From contig JADGOF010000001.1 of NCBI GenBank assembly GCA_017883105.1, positions 1-41,926 of the forward strand: a stretch of DNA of 41,926 nucleotides, read 5' to 3'. Numbering within the stretch: the stretch's first letter is position 1; each line of letters opens with the position of its first letter. A model generated the notes under the pieces. The model was not told the origin of the DNA. It searched no databases and saw nothing but the letters and a program-made list of their open reading frames with translations. This stretch comes from Acidimicrobiales bacterium. GTDB lineage: Bacteria > Actinomycetota > Acidimicrobiia > Acidimicrobiales > RAAP-2. This document shows positions 1-8,821 of the stretch, in pieces. The position numbers and the translations under genes were made by a program.

Positions 1-114
1 TGGTCCTCGACGGCACTAGGCGTGCGCAGTCCGTTTGCTCTCTTCGAGCAATGTGGGACTCAAGCCCGAATCTTGCGACCCTGCCCCCGAACACCGGTTT
101 GCGGCGTAGCCAAA

Positions 115-250
115 CCTGCCAGGCGCCGGGCGTGCTTGCGCTCCGCGAGCACATCCGACGTGCCGTTCTGCGATGCGGCTAGGGAGGCGACGCCCGTCGT
201 TATGGCGCTGCGTTCTGTACCGCCTCGACGGCGCAGTACGCCGATTCGGG
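115..250 (+). repeat. Intergenic repeat family, copy A
   Basis: Contains block GTGCTTGCG-CTC-CGCGAGC (132-150), core GTGCCGTTCTGCG (160-172), then ..CGTCGTTATGGCGC.. and ..CTCGACGGCGCAGTACGCC... Alignable by eye with copies B-F. Confidence 0.7.
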
Positions 251-466
251 GTGTGACATCCCTCGCCACCCCCAGTCCCTGCGGTCTCCGGCGAACGTTA
301 TGTGCGCCGGGGAAGCCCATCCGGCAACCTTGCTGCTTGCGAGAGTTTCCTGCGCCCGGAACAACACGAGTGGGCCACCGGATCACCCTCAATCGATCCC
401 AATTTCCTCCCGTCTCGACGGGTTTCCCGAAGTGACAATCCCCGTCCTGGAACCGAACCCCTGGAC

Positions 467-1927
467 CTACGAGGAACCATGCATGTCGGTCACGACAACC
501 GAAGTGAAAAGTCCAGAGCTCCTCAGCGCCATCGCATACTCACTGACCTGAGACGTCGAACCGACGAACGTCCAGTCCAGCACCGCGCCGACGTTGGCAA
601 TCGCACCTCCAGGCAACGTCACCGGGACGGACCTCGTGGTGTCCTGGACTGATGAGGGTGCCGAATAGCCGGACGTATTGGCTAGCCCGTACTCCTTCGC
701 TAACTGAGTCTGCAGCGCCTCCAGCTGGGAGTAGGGCACGGCGAGCTTTGCGGTGGCCGTGATCTTCCCGGACAACGTGACTTGCTGAGGAACCGAGAGA
801 TCCCCTGGAAGGGCGCTGGACGGCACAACTGTGCTCGTGCCGGTGGGGTCAATCCAGCGAATAGAAATGCCAGCCACACCACCCTCGGTGTCCAGACTCG
901 GCGTCGGCGGTGAAGCCAGGTACGCCGCCCCGATGCCCATGTAGGCAGACGGTGCGGGTACGTCTCGAGCCTCGAGGAGTGATCCTGTAGACGGATCGAC
1001 GATGATGACGCTGGTGCCCGTTGGGGATGTGCCGCTGAAGCCGACCCCGGTGGCACCCGTGTGGGTGGATATCGTGCCGAGGCCCTGAATCCCTGGCATC
1101 AAAGCCAGTGCGCCATAGAGGGCTGAGTCAAGTGCCGGACCACCCCCGGCGACAGGCCCGATGAGGAGAACTACTGCTCGCTCAAAGCCCGAGGCCTGAG
1201 CTCCGTCCGAGGTCATCTGATTCAACGCCGGAATTGGTGTCGTGCCCGTCACCAACTCACGTGCCAGCCCTACCGGATCAGTGGGAAGAGCCGACGCATC
1301 AATGGTGCCCGTTGCACCGCCGAAGCCGATTGGTGCTGAGCCACCATCTGCGCTGCTGGTGCAGCTCGTGACGGGCTGCACTGTCGGAGCGATCACCATG
1401 CCAGCAGCGTGCCACGCCGTTTGGTTGGCGGGAGTGGCGAACGTAGCCGGCCCTGTGGTGGCCGAGATGCAGTCATTCCCATACGCGTCAGACCAGAGCC
1501 TGACCGTTGCCGCAACCGTGGCTTCCGCTCCAGGAGTGGGGGTCGCCCCGATCTGGTTGACTTGGCCGCTGAGCGACACTTGCTGTTCGGTCGAAAGCCA
1601 CTGGCCCTTGGTGAGCTGAGGGGCCGCCTGGCTGGCGGCATTCGACGCGATCTGCTGCAGTTGTGCGGCCGCGGCGACTGGCTCGTGTTGTCCGGCTGAA
1701 GGCATGAAGACCACAATCAGAAGGGCAGCAAGCCCAACGGCAACGGTTCCACCAAGCGCGGCAAGACGTGGGACGTGCCGGACCCGGCGAGTTCGTTTCG
1801 TTTGCGCACTTTCGTGTTCCCAGTCTCGCCCTTCCAATTCCGACAGAGATGGGGACGGTGGCGCCGCATTCATCAGCTCAGAGATCACCGATCGGATCTG
1901 TTCGTCGACTTCGTCAGTCAAGGGCAT
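467..1927 (-). CDS. Membrane-anchored protein downstream of the ECF sigma gene (putative anti-sigma or sigma-associated partner)
   Basis: 486-aa ORF. Its ATG at 1927 overlaps the sigma gene stop (1914-1916) by 14 nt. Short N-terminal segment, one hydrophobic helix (LAALGGTVAVGLAALLIVVFM), then a long Ala/Gly/Thr/Ser-rich extracytoplasmic part. Function inferred from position only. Confidence 0.55.
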   Translation of the reverse strand: MPLTDEVDEQIRSVISELMNAAPPSPSLSELEGRDWEHESAQTKRTRRVRHVPRLAALGGTVAVGLAALLIVVFMPSAGQHEPVAAAAQLQQIASNAASQAAPQLTKGQWLSTEQQVSLSGQVNQIGATPTPGAEATVAATVRLWSDAYGNDCISATTGPATFATPANQTAWHAAGMVIAPTVQPVTSCTSSADGGSAPIGFGGATGTIDASALPTDPVGLARELVTGTTPIPALNQMTSDGAQASGFERAVVLLIGPVAGGGPALDSALYGALALMPGIQGLGTISTHTGATGVGFSGTSPTGTSVIIVDPSTGSLLEARDVPAPSAYMGIGAAYLASPPTPSLDTEGGVAGISIRWIDPTGTSTVVPSSALPGDLSVPQQVTLSGKITATAKLAVPYSQLEALQTQLAKEYGLANTSGYSAPSSVQDTTRSVPVTLPGGAIANVGAVLDWTFVGSTSQVSEYAMALRSSGLFTSVVVTDMHGSS

Positions 1928-2402
1928 TGAGGGCCTCCTTCAGGCGAGACTTTCCGCGAGCGAGGTGACGTCTCACCGATCCGTCACTGATGTCGAGGAG
2001 TTTGGCGATGGCAGCAGGATTGAGGTCATCCCAGTAGGTGAGGACGATGACTGCCCGCTGTTGAATGCTGAGCCTCATCACGGCGGCGAGCACCTCTGGC
2101 CTCACATCAGGCGGATCAATGCTCTCCGGCTGTGCAGCAACTTCCTCACGCACGCGGCGGCGCCGAGCCGAACGATGGAACTCGGCCGCCTTGTTGTAGA
2201 CGCTTCGGTACAAATACGAGCGCTTTTGTGTGACGGACGGCCAGCTCCTGGAGCTGAGGCAACTCAGGACCGCTTCTGAAACGACGTCGGCGGCATTCTG
2301 CGGACCAACGAGTCCCGTAGCGAAGCGTGTCAGGTCGTCAGCGTGTTTTCGATACAACTCGCTGTCAGCAATGTCCACACCCATAAGATGCCGCCGATCC
2401 AC
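1914..2402 (-). CDS. ECF-type RNA polymerase sigma-70 family factor
   Basis: 162 aa. Region-2-like segment (..SYLYRSVYNKAAEFHR..) and region-4 HTH (LSIQQRAVIVLTYWDDLNPAAIAKLLDISDGSVRRHLARGKSRL). GTG start at 2402; alternative ATG at 2384. Confidence 0.88.
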   Translation of the reverse strand: MDRRHLMGVDIADSELYRKHADDLTRFATGLVGPQNAADVVSEAVLSCLSSRSWPSVTQKRSYLYRSVYNKAAEFHRSARRRRVREEVAAQPESIDPPDVRPEVLAAVMRLSIQQRAVIVLTYWDDLNPAAIAKLLDISDGSVRRHLARGKSRLKEALNALD

Positions 2403-2687
2403 CTTTTGTGTGACACACCCGGAGGAATTCTCGACGACCCACGCCCTCAGGCGTGGGCTGGGCCATCAATCCACCCGAGGATGGTAGGCATCTCGATTCC
2501 GTCATACGTGATCGACGATGACTCCGAACGCCGGCTTGGGGATCGATATCTGGCACGGTCCTGGGGCGCCCGCTTGCTTCAGCAAGCGGTCCAGATCGCT
2601 CCATCTGAGCGGTCGGGCCGCATATTGCAATTGGCCCCCGAGCACGCCAGATCGACGGCTCTGGATTGTCGAGTCCGATTTCCGAAC

Positions 2688-2830
2688 GTCAGGTTCGATG
2701 CCGCGAGTCGATCGCACGAACGCAACCGACGTGCCGTTCTGCGCAGCGGCCGCGATGGCGCCAGCCGTCGTTCTGGCGCGTAGTTCGGCGCCCGAGCGGG
2801 TCCACTCCATCGCCGACTCCGGTGCGATCG
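2688..2830 (+). repeat. Intergenic repeat family, copy B
   Basis: Core GTGCCGTTCTGCG at 2731-2743, followed by GCGATGGCGCCAGCCGTCGTTCTGGCGCGTAGTTCGGCGCCCGAGCGGGTCCACTCCATCGCC. Shares the upstream GTC(A/G)GGTTCGAT block with copy E. Confidence 0.75.
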
Positions 2831-2934
2831 GCGTCACGGACAGCACCGGCAGCCAAGCGCTGTGACGCGCTGTGAATCCTCGGGAATACCCGGTGGCCGG
2901 TGGCCGCCAACATTGACACCTACGATCGATTGGC

Positions 2935-3756
2935 GTGACGAAGGACAAGTTCACTGGCGGAGATCAGCGCTACCTACGCGATGCTCAATACCGAGACCCT
3001 TCCAGGTTGACGGCCAGGGCTGACCTCCACGCCAAGTACGGGACCGCCGACGTGCGCTGGTTTCCTTGGATGGCTGGCCAGATCGAATGGCCTTCCGATG
3101 GAGTCATTCTGGAGGTTGGTTGCGGCCCCGGTTGGCTGTGGAGCGAGGCCGCCTCCCAACTTCCGAGCGGCCTACGGCTCATGCTCACCGACCTTTCTGC
3201 AGGCATGGTGGATGCCGCCCTTGACCGAGTATCCGGACTTTTTGAGATGACAGCGGGAAGCGAGGCCGATGCTCAGCTACTGCCCTTTTGCAACCGTGTG
3301 TTCGACGTGGTTGTCGCCAACCACATGCTGTATCACGTTCCTCAGCCCGGATTGGCGGTCAGCGAGTTCGCTCGAACTCTGCGACCTGATGGCGTTCTCA
3401 TCGCAGCGACTGTCGGCCCAGAGCATCTGCGGGAGCTGTGGGAGATTCGCTCCGAAGTCTTCGAGGAAGAGCCCGTCAATCGCACTGCCGCGGTGTTCGG
3501 CGCGATAACGGGGCTTCCGATTATCCAGCAGGGATTCTCCAGCGTCGAGTGGCGCGCCTACGAGGATCACTTGCACTGCACGAATCCTGACGCTGTCATC
3601 GCCTTCATGACATCGACTCCCCCAGCCGAGGATGCCTCGGAGCAACAACTCCGGAGCCTTCATGTCGCAGTCCGCCGACGTTTCGAAAAGGGTGGTGGGT
3701 CGTTCGATATAGCCAAGGAGGTCGGAATCTTCGTCGCCAGAGATCCATACCAATAG
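2935..3756 (+). CDS. Class I SAM-dependent methyltransferase (substrate unknown)
   Basis: 273 aa. Motif I LEVGCGPGWLW, acidic loop LTDLSAGMV, and VVANHMLYHV, typical of Methyltransf_11/25-type small-molecule methyltransferases. GTG start. Confidence 0.85.
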   Translation: MTKDKFTGGDQRYLRDAQYRDPSRLTARADLHAKYGTADVRWFPWMAGQIEWPSDGVILEVGCGPGWLWSEAASQLPSGLRLMLTDLSAGMVDAALDRVSGLFEMTAGSEADAQLLPFCNRVFDVVVANHMLYHVPQPGLAVSEFARTLRPDGVLIAATVGPEHLRELWEIRSEVFEEEPVNRTAAVFGAITGLPIIQQGFSSVEWRAYEDHLHCTNPDAVIAFMTSTPPAEDASEQQLRSLHVAVRRRFEKGGGSFDIAKEVGIFVARDPYQ

Positions 3757-3839
3757 GTTCGCTCAGAAGACCGTCTCACTGTTGGGTCTTCGGTGTCGTG
3801 GCCGTGACTGATCGCCGGTTCACTATGTGCCGTGTATCG

Positions 3840-3985
3840 CCTGACGCCGAGCATGCTTGCGGAACGCGACCACACGCGTAGGTGCCGTTCTGCGCTACGC
3901 CACGATGGCGCAGATCGTCCTTCTGGCGTGGTGTTCTGTGCTGGGCAAGAGGCACGAGATCGCCGAATCGAGCGGGTGCGGGACG
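3840..3985 (+). repeat. Intergenic repeat family, copy C
   Basis: CCTGACGCCGAG..ATGCTTGCG-GAA-CGCGACC (3853-3871), core GTGCCGTTCTGCG (3882-3894), ..GTCCTTCTGGCGTGG.., ..TCGAGCGGGTGCG (3968-3980). Confidence 0.7.
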
Positions 3986-4067
3986 AAGGGGGGCCGTTGT
4001 CGGACCCCGTATAGTTCCGCACGATTAGTCCCGGGTTTCCTCCATCTCCTCCCAGGGATGCCGCTGC

Positions 4068-5876
4068 CTAGGCCGTCGCCTGATGTACCGCGATTTCAAG
4101 TTCTCTAAGCGTGCCCACAGAACGCATTGACGAGAAGATCACCTGCGTGCAAGGTCCTGGGAGAACGTAGGGAACGTCGGGACACACAACTATTCCACGA
4201 ATGTCGACGCTCGGTGGGAGTGTCACCTTCAATAACGATGGCTTTGCCCTGATCGTTGCGACCTTCTTGCGCCAGCTCGCCTCCGCCTGTTCGACAGCTT
4301 GCCGGTGATTCCTCACGGCACGGAAGTCTCCGTATTCAAGTTCGGCAGACGTTGTCCAAGCCTTCGCGTCCACTAGGACAACTACTCGGTCCTTGCATGC
4401 AATCCCGTCTATGTCTGTAATGGTCCTGCCTCGGTCCTTGATCGGCTTGCCGACAAGATGGCGGAGTGACTCTGGAGGACGCCATGGGCTCGCGTCGATT
4501 ACAGCTTGGACGTCATGTTCAAACCGCTCGGCCCAGACATTCGCATCGGGACCATCCGCCTGCCTTGGAACCGCATAAGAGAGAACCCGCGTGGCATAGA
4601 TCAAGTCGACGCGAGCGATCCCCCCTGCGGGTAAGACGATAGCGGGTTCAGGTGTAACCCAATTCGAGAACTCAATCGGGGTGCTAGTGATCTCATTCAT
4701 GACCACATCGGGTTCCCAGGTGGAGACATACTGCGACGCGACTCGTTCCCAACGGGCAAGCCCCGCCTCGATATCGCCAATCGGAAGGTCCAAGTAGCCC
4801 CAGCTGAGCCATGATCCGCGGGGAGCTATCCGCCGTTTCTTTCCACCTTGGATGGTGCGCATGGCCGTCCACAGAGTGGCGGCTGCCCCAAGCGCCGATA
4901 ACGACGGTGGCGTGCTTAGTGATGTGGGGTTGAAAACACCGGAGCGCGACAACAGCCCGGGTTCGCACGTCGTGAGATCGAAAAACCGACGGGGCCCTCG
5001 GTAAATGTGGGCGTCCAAGCGATTCAACCAGCCGGGTATAACGGCATCAGGGGTATGCAATTCATCAATTGTTGCTTCTAGTTGGCGACCACTTCCCTGG
5101 CGCTCGGTATCCGTTCCAAATCCGGCAAAGCCTCTGCTGTCGTAAAGGAGAAGCGCTTCTGTAATGCGGCGATCGAGGGCAACGCCGACACCGACGAATG
5201 TCGGTCCGAGAAGGTGGCTTAGGATCATTCCCTTCGCCACCGAACGGTAGCAACGCCCGACTTGCCACATTGCAGTACCAATCATGATCAGATGATGCAG
5301 ATCCTCAAGTACGCGGTCGTCGGGGTCGGAAGGCATCGCCTCCAGCTGCGCGTAGTCCACAGAGCAAGTTGACTCGCGCGTCAAGAGTTCAAGAAACCAT
5401 CGCGGCGCCAACGTCGTGTGGTCGAGCGGTGTACGGCGGGTACGCCGCGTAATCGTCACCCATTCAGCCGGTGACCGTCGACCCACGACGTCTGAGGCGT
5501 TGCTCTTCAGGCGCCAATAGAGCTCAGCAAGCTCCTCGGTCCCTTCTTGGCCGCTGAAATTCAGTGGTCCAACCTCTTCAAGCTCCGCTCTGATCGAAAG
5601 GAGTTCCGTCGTGACCTCCCCGGGGAACGATGCGACGGATTCTCCCGAGAAGAAGGAGCGATTGATGAGTCTGTCTAACTTGTCATGGACGAAGTCATGC
5701 CGGCGCGATATGGGAAAGACAAAGCGGTCCGGGTTTTCGCGGCGCGGTGGCTCATATCTGACATCATCCGGGATGGTTATCTTACCGCTGCCTTGCGGGG
5801 GAAGTTCCGCCATCGCAAGTTCGGCATCTCTCTGTGCGCGAAGTCGCGCCGCTCGGCGAGCGGCGTCAGCCGACAC
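4068..5876 (-). CDS. 602-aa protein: unrecognised ~440-aa N-terminal region plus a C-terminal NERD-like / PD-(D/E)xK nuclease-like domain
   Basis: The C-terminal segment ..FEHDVQAVIDASPW..GRTITDIDGIACKDRVVVLVDAKAW.. matches the NERD pattern (E..V...L / (E/D)ID..+ / hhhh(E/D)xK). No NTPase motif seen. By eye the gene is less GC-rich than the T4SS genes. Confidence 0.55.
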   Translation of the reverse strand: MSADAARRAARLRAQRDAELAMAELPPQGSGKITIPDDVRYEPPRRENPDRFVFPISRRHDFVHDKLDRLINRSFFSGESVASFPGEVTTELLSIRAELEEVGPLNFSGQEGTEELAELYWRLKSNASDVVGRRSPAEWVTITRRTRRTPLDHTTLAPRWFLELLTRESTCSVDYAQLEAMPSDPDDRVLEDLHHLIMIGTAMWQVGRCYRSVAKGMILSHLLGPTFVGVGVALDRRITEALLLYDSRGFAGFGTDTERQGSGRQLEATIDELHTPDAVIPGWLNRLDAHIYRGPRRFFDLTTCEPGLLSRSGVFNPTSLSTPPSLSALGAAATLWTAMRTIQGGKKRRIAPRGSWLSWGYLDLPIGDIEAGLARWERVASQYVSTWEPDVVMNEITSTPIEFSNWVTPEPAIVLPAGGIARVDLIYATRVLSYAVPRQADGPDANVWAERFEHDVQAVIDASPWRPPESLRHLVGKPIKDRGRTITDIDGIACKDRVVVLVDAKAWTTSAELEYGDFRAVRNHRQAVEQAEASWRKKVATIRAKPSLLKVTLPPSVDIRGIVVCPDVPYVLPGPCTQVIFSSMRSVGTLRELEIAVHQATA

Positions 5877-6026
5877 CGGGAGCGATCCGCTGTCTCGGTC
5901 GTGTGTTCACAGGCGCCATTGCCGTGCGATTATCCCACGTCATCGCCTCGTCATCCCGCGTGTCACCACAGTGTTCTGTGGGACCACAGCGGCAGGACGC
6001 CACATCTGGACGGGGATTCGCGTAGA

Positions 6027-6203
6027 GCTGTCTGTCCGGTCGGCGACGTAACTTCGACGACAAACGGCATGGAATGCATCGGTGTCCTTTGGGGCTACGG
6101 GAGCGCCGAAGAGCTCGAGGCCGCCGGAGCTGCTGCCGTCGTCAGGACTCCAGCTGAGCTCCGGCGCCTTCTCCTGGCCAGAGTGACGATCACCTCCGAA
6201 TGA
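6027..6203 (+). pseudogene. 3' remnant of a HAD-superfamily phosphatase gene (truncated, decayed)
   Basis: The frame of ORF 5685-6203 ends ..AVCPVGDVTSTTNGMECIGVLWGYGSAEELEAAGAAAVVRTPAELRRLL. This resembles the HAD motif IV region plus C-terminal tail (..VGD....AG...IGV.WGYGS.EEL..AGA...V..P.EL..LL). The upstream part of the frame has no HAD motifs I-III. Confidence 0.5.
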
Positions 6204-6334
6204 CCGAAACGATCGTCCTCGCCGGCTGATCCACCACCTGCGACGCAGAATGACGGCCCACCGTGCGACGCTGCCAGCTCATTGCGCACGCCGAACCGGC
6301 GTTCGGCACCCCTGTCAATGACAGCGGACTGTCC

Positions 6335-6460
6335 CAGAACGCGCGCCTTCAAGCCCGCTCGCGCACGCCCGCATGTGCCGTTCGTGGGCGGCAACTACCT
6401 CGACCACGGCCGAGGGCGGGACCACACCCCGCTCAGATCCGAAGTGCCGACCATCGCCGG
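6335..6460 (+). repeat. Intergenic repeat family, copy F (most divergent)
   Basis: ..GCCCGCTCGCGCACGCCCGCATGTGCCGTTCGTGGGCGG.. (core-like at 6375-6391), then ..CCGAGGGCGGGACCAC..CCATCGCCGG, comparable to the CCGAGCGGGTCCAC..CATCGCCG block of copy B. Confidence 0.45.
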
Positions 6461-6606
6461 GGCTCGCTTCCGCCCCTTCCATGCATCTTGAACAGGAATA
6501 ACGCTGCAAGGGCGCAGATTGCGACCGCGGAACGTTTGGCCTGCCAGTGGCTGCTCGTCAAGCACAACGGTCTGCGAGTCCCCAAGTCCGAGGCCGCCCT
6601 GGAATG

Positions 6607-7662
6607 TCACTCCGAGCCGTTGGACCCAGAGGTGGGCCCCGTTGGCGCACTGTCGTTCCCCGGAGCACCGTTGTTGATCGTGGCCTCGAGTACGCCCACG
6701 CGGTCCATCACCCAATCGAAATCCGGTGGCTCAGCCCGGAACATCCCCGCGCTCGCCATCTCGGCATAGTCGGCCCGCAGCGCATCGAGTCCGATCTGGT
6801 CGGGAACCAGACGGATCCTGCCGGTCGTGCAGTCTTCGTAGTGCGAAGTGCTCCTAGCGAAATGGACGTTCTTCACGGCCACAACGTCAGCGAGGAGTCC
6901 GCGGTCCCTGAGCGCAGCCTCCCCGACCTCGTGCTCGGATAGCCGGGCCAGGTCGTACCAGTGACGGGAGATCCGATCGGCTCCCCGGTCCCACTGCCCA
7001 CGGTTGCACTCATCATGGGCCAGGGTCGCCTTCTCCCAGAAGGTCCGTGCAGCCGAGAGCACGTCGACGGTGGCATGGGGGAGCTCCACTTCCTCGGCAC
7101 TGAGGAAGTCGGTCACGTACGGAGTGATCACGTGGGACTCGCTCGGAACCACACGGTTGCGGGCCCCGAACTCGATCTTGACCCGCTCGGCGAGATAGCC
7201 GCCTTCCTTGTCAAAGCAGCTCGGGTAGTCGAGGACGACGGTCTCGTCGTCGAGCATGGTGACGAATTCGCTCGGGTCGTTGACGTACGGAACGAGGGCA
7301 GAACTGACGAGTGGCACCACCACCTCTTCGAGGTAGCTCTTCAGCTGGGCGCCGAGCTGTTCCCGGATCCTCTTTGCTGCACTCCTCGATGCGGGGAGCC
7401 CGGCGTTCGCGTCAGGATCGAGCGCGATCGTGATGTCGATGTCTTCGGAGAACCGGTCGATGACCCCGTAGACCTTCGAGAGCGAGGTACCGCCCTTGAA
7501 GGCCATTTCCGGACGGCCGTCCTGGCTGAAGAGCACGTCGAGGGTCCAGCAAAGCCAGACGTCCTTCTCGATGATTTTGGGCGGTAGACCGGTGCCGGCG
7601 GCAGCCACGGCGTACACGGCGCGGCGCTCGTCGGGCTCCGCGAGCAAGAACTGATCAGGCAT
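6607..7662 (-). CDS. abiEii: AbiEii/AbiGii-family nucleotidyltransferase toxin (type IV TA / abortive infection)
   Basis: 351 aa. FKGGTSLSKVYGVIDRFSEDIDITI is the hallmark N-terminal nucleotidyltransferase motif of DUF1814/AbiEii. The ATG at 7662 overlaps the upstream gene stop by 8 nt. Confidence 0.85.
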   Translation of the reverse strand: MPDQFLLAEPDERRAVYAVAAAGTGLPPKIIEKDVWLCWTLDVLFSQDGRPEMAFKGGTSLSKVYGVIDRFSEDIDITIALDPDANAGLPASRSAAKRIREQLGAQLKSYLEEVVVPLVSSALVPYVNDPSEFVTMLDDETVVLDYPSCFDKEGGYLAERVKIEFGARNRVVPSESHVITPYVTDFLSAEEVELPHATVDVLSAARTFWEKATLAHDECNRGQWDRGADRISRHWYDLARLSEHEVGEAALRDRGLLADVVAVKNVHFARSTSHYEDCTTGRIRLVPDQIGLDALRADYAEMASAGMFRAEPPDFDWVMDRVGVLEATINNGAPGNDSAPTGPTSGSNGSE

Positions 7663-8305
7663 CCGCCGGCTCTCTGACCACCTGGCGCTCCGAAGATCCG
7701 GACTGAGGGTGCTCGTAACGGTAGAACTCGTCGCTCAGCCAGGCCGGCATCGCGTTGGTCTCCTCACGCAGCGTCTTGAACTCCGCGACCGGCAGCGCGC
7801 CCCGCACTTGAGCGATGACCGCGGGGGTCACCTGATTGGGCCCGAGGTAACGCAGCGCACGCAGGGCCTCGCCGGCCGGTGTGCCCGCCAGCACCAGCTC
7901 TTTGGGGGCAGCGTGGCGGAGCTGCACTTTGAGCTGACCCGACTGGACGGTCCGGCTGCGGCCAGAGGTGAGGAACACCGGGGACAACGGGGCCTGGGTG
8001 CTCAGGCCGAGCCGGCGAGCGGCTTCGGCGCCATGTGCGGCGATCGACTCGCCCCGGCTCTCGGCCAGGGCCTCGGCCAGGGCCTGGGGCTCGGGAGGGA
8101 CTGAGCCGGCGAGGCGGCTGGTCTTCGGCCGGTAGTAGAGGCCACGAGCGGCGCGTGTGATCTCCCCAGCTCGCCCGAGCCGGCTGAGTGCCTGATCCAC
8201 GGCAGCCCTCGTGCCATGGCGAAGCAGCCGGGACGTCGGGATCAGGGCCCCGGGTCCGGCCTGCTCGAACTCCTTTCGGATCGCAGCGATGGTCGACGTA
8301 CGCAT
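7655..8305 (-). CDS. abiEi: AbiEi-like antitoxin / transcriptional regulator (wHTH N-terminus)
   Basis: 216 aa directly upstream of and overlapping abiEii. The N-terminal ..AVDQALSRLGRAGEITRAARGLYYRP.. is the typical AbiEi/DUF6088 winged-helix segment. Confidence 0.75.
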   Translation of the reverse strand: MRTSTIAAIRKEFEQAGPGALIPTSRLLRHGTRAAVDQALSRLGRAGEITRAARGLYYRPKTSRLAGSVPPEPQALAEALAESRGESIAAHGAEAARRLGLSTQAPLSPVFLTSGRSRTVQSGQLKVQLRHAAPKELVLAGTPAGEALRALRYLGPNQVTPAVIAQVRGALPVAEFKTLREETNAMPAWLSDEFYRYEHPQSGSSERQVVREPADA

Positions 8306-8332
8306 GTCAGAAATACTACACGATTATCTGAC
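8306..8332 (-). promoter_or_regulatory. Putative leaderless promoter/operator of abiEi: inverted repeat GTCAGA-N15-TCTGAC containing a -10-like TAGTAT
   Basis: The minus strand reads GTCAGATAATCGTGTAGTATTTCTGAC immediately before the ATG. TAGTAT ends 7 nt before the ATG, which is spacing compatible with a leaderless mRNA. The segment is AT-rich in a GC-rich context. Confidence 0.4.
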
Positions 8333-8566
8333 AGAGGCGAACACGCGATCCCGGCCGACCTCGCGTCTTTGGTGCGCTTCAGTGACGGTTGACCGAATCG
8401 AGGTCGGTCGGTCGGCCGTGGCAAGGCAAGGAAGACCTCGTCCGTCGAGCCGAGCCGAGTTGGGCCGCACGCTGCCGTGATTCGCCGGCAAGCTCCTTGT
8501 CTTGGTTTGTGCTGTGGAGGTCGACAAACGGGGCGGGCAAGTCGGGCTGGCTGAGTTCGTTGCCAC

Positions 8567-8821
8567 TCACACGCAGGACGCCACCGTCTCGGAGGCGACG
8601 ATCTCGTAGGGAATCCCGATCTGGTCGAGCAGTCGGGCCGTGGCGATCCGGTGGTGCGCTCCCGAGCCGCCTGCTCGGGGCAGTGTCGGGATGACGCCTG
8701 CCATGCAGTCGTCACGGATGGCATGGTCCGAACGCCCGAGCAGGGGAGCCACCTGCGATGGTGAGCACACCAGGGGCAGGTCGATTCCTCCGGTAGCGCG
8801 GACGAATAGGGCGGCGTTCAT
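8567..8821 (-). CDS. Excisionase/MerR-like helix-turn-helix DNA-binding protein
   Basis: 84 aa from the internal ATG at 8821 (MNAALFVRATGG..). ..SPSQVAPLLGRSDHAIRDDCMAGVIPTLPRAGGSGAHHRIATARLLDQIG resembles the excisionase-family HTH. ATGA overlap with the upstream ORF (8818-8821). Confidence 0.6.
   Translation of the reverse strand: MNAALFVRATGGIDLPLVCSPSQVAPLLGRSDHAIRDDCMAGVIPTLPRAGGSGAHHRIATARLLDQIGIPYEIVASETVASCV

Noticed and set aside
134-150. Hairpin GCTTGCG-NNN-CGCGAGC in repeat copies A, C and D, and a CGCCAG..CTGGCG stem in copy B, as evidence for a structured RNA
   Set aside because: The stems show no compensatory changes, the second stem is not conserved in the other copies, and a 3-nt loop is marginal. 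Insufficient support for an ncRNA call.
2502-2954. Minus-strand 150-aa ORF across repeat copy B, whose translation (..ELRARTTAGAIAAAAQNGT..) faintly resembles the E-helix of serine recombinases (..ERTKAGLAAARARG..)
   Set aside because: The resemblance is short and Ala/Arg-rich. The frame is not conserved in the other copies (non-triplet indels), and no catalytic-domain motifs precede it. Kept only as a hypothesis for the origin of the repeat.
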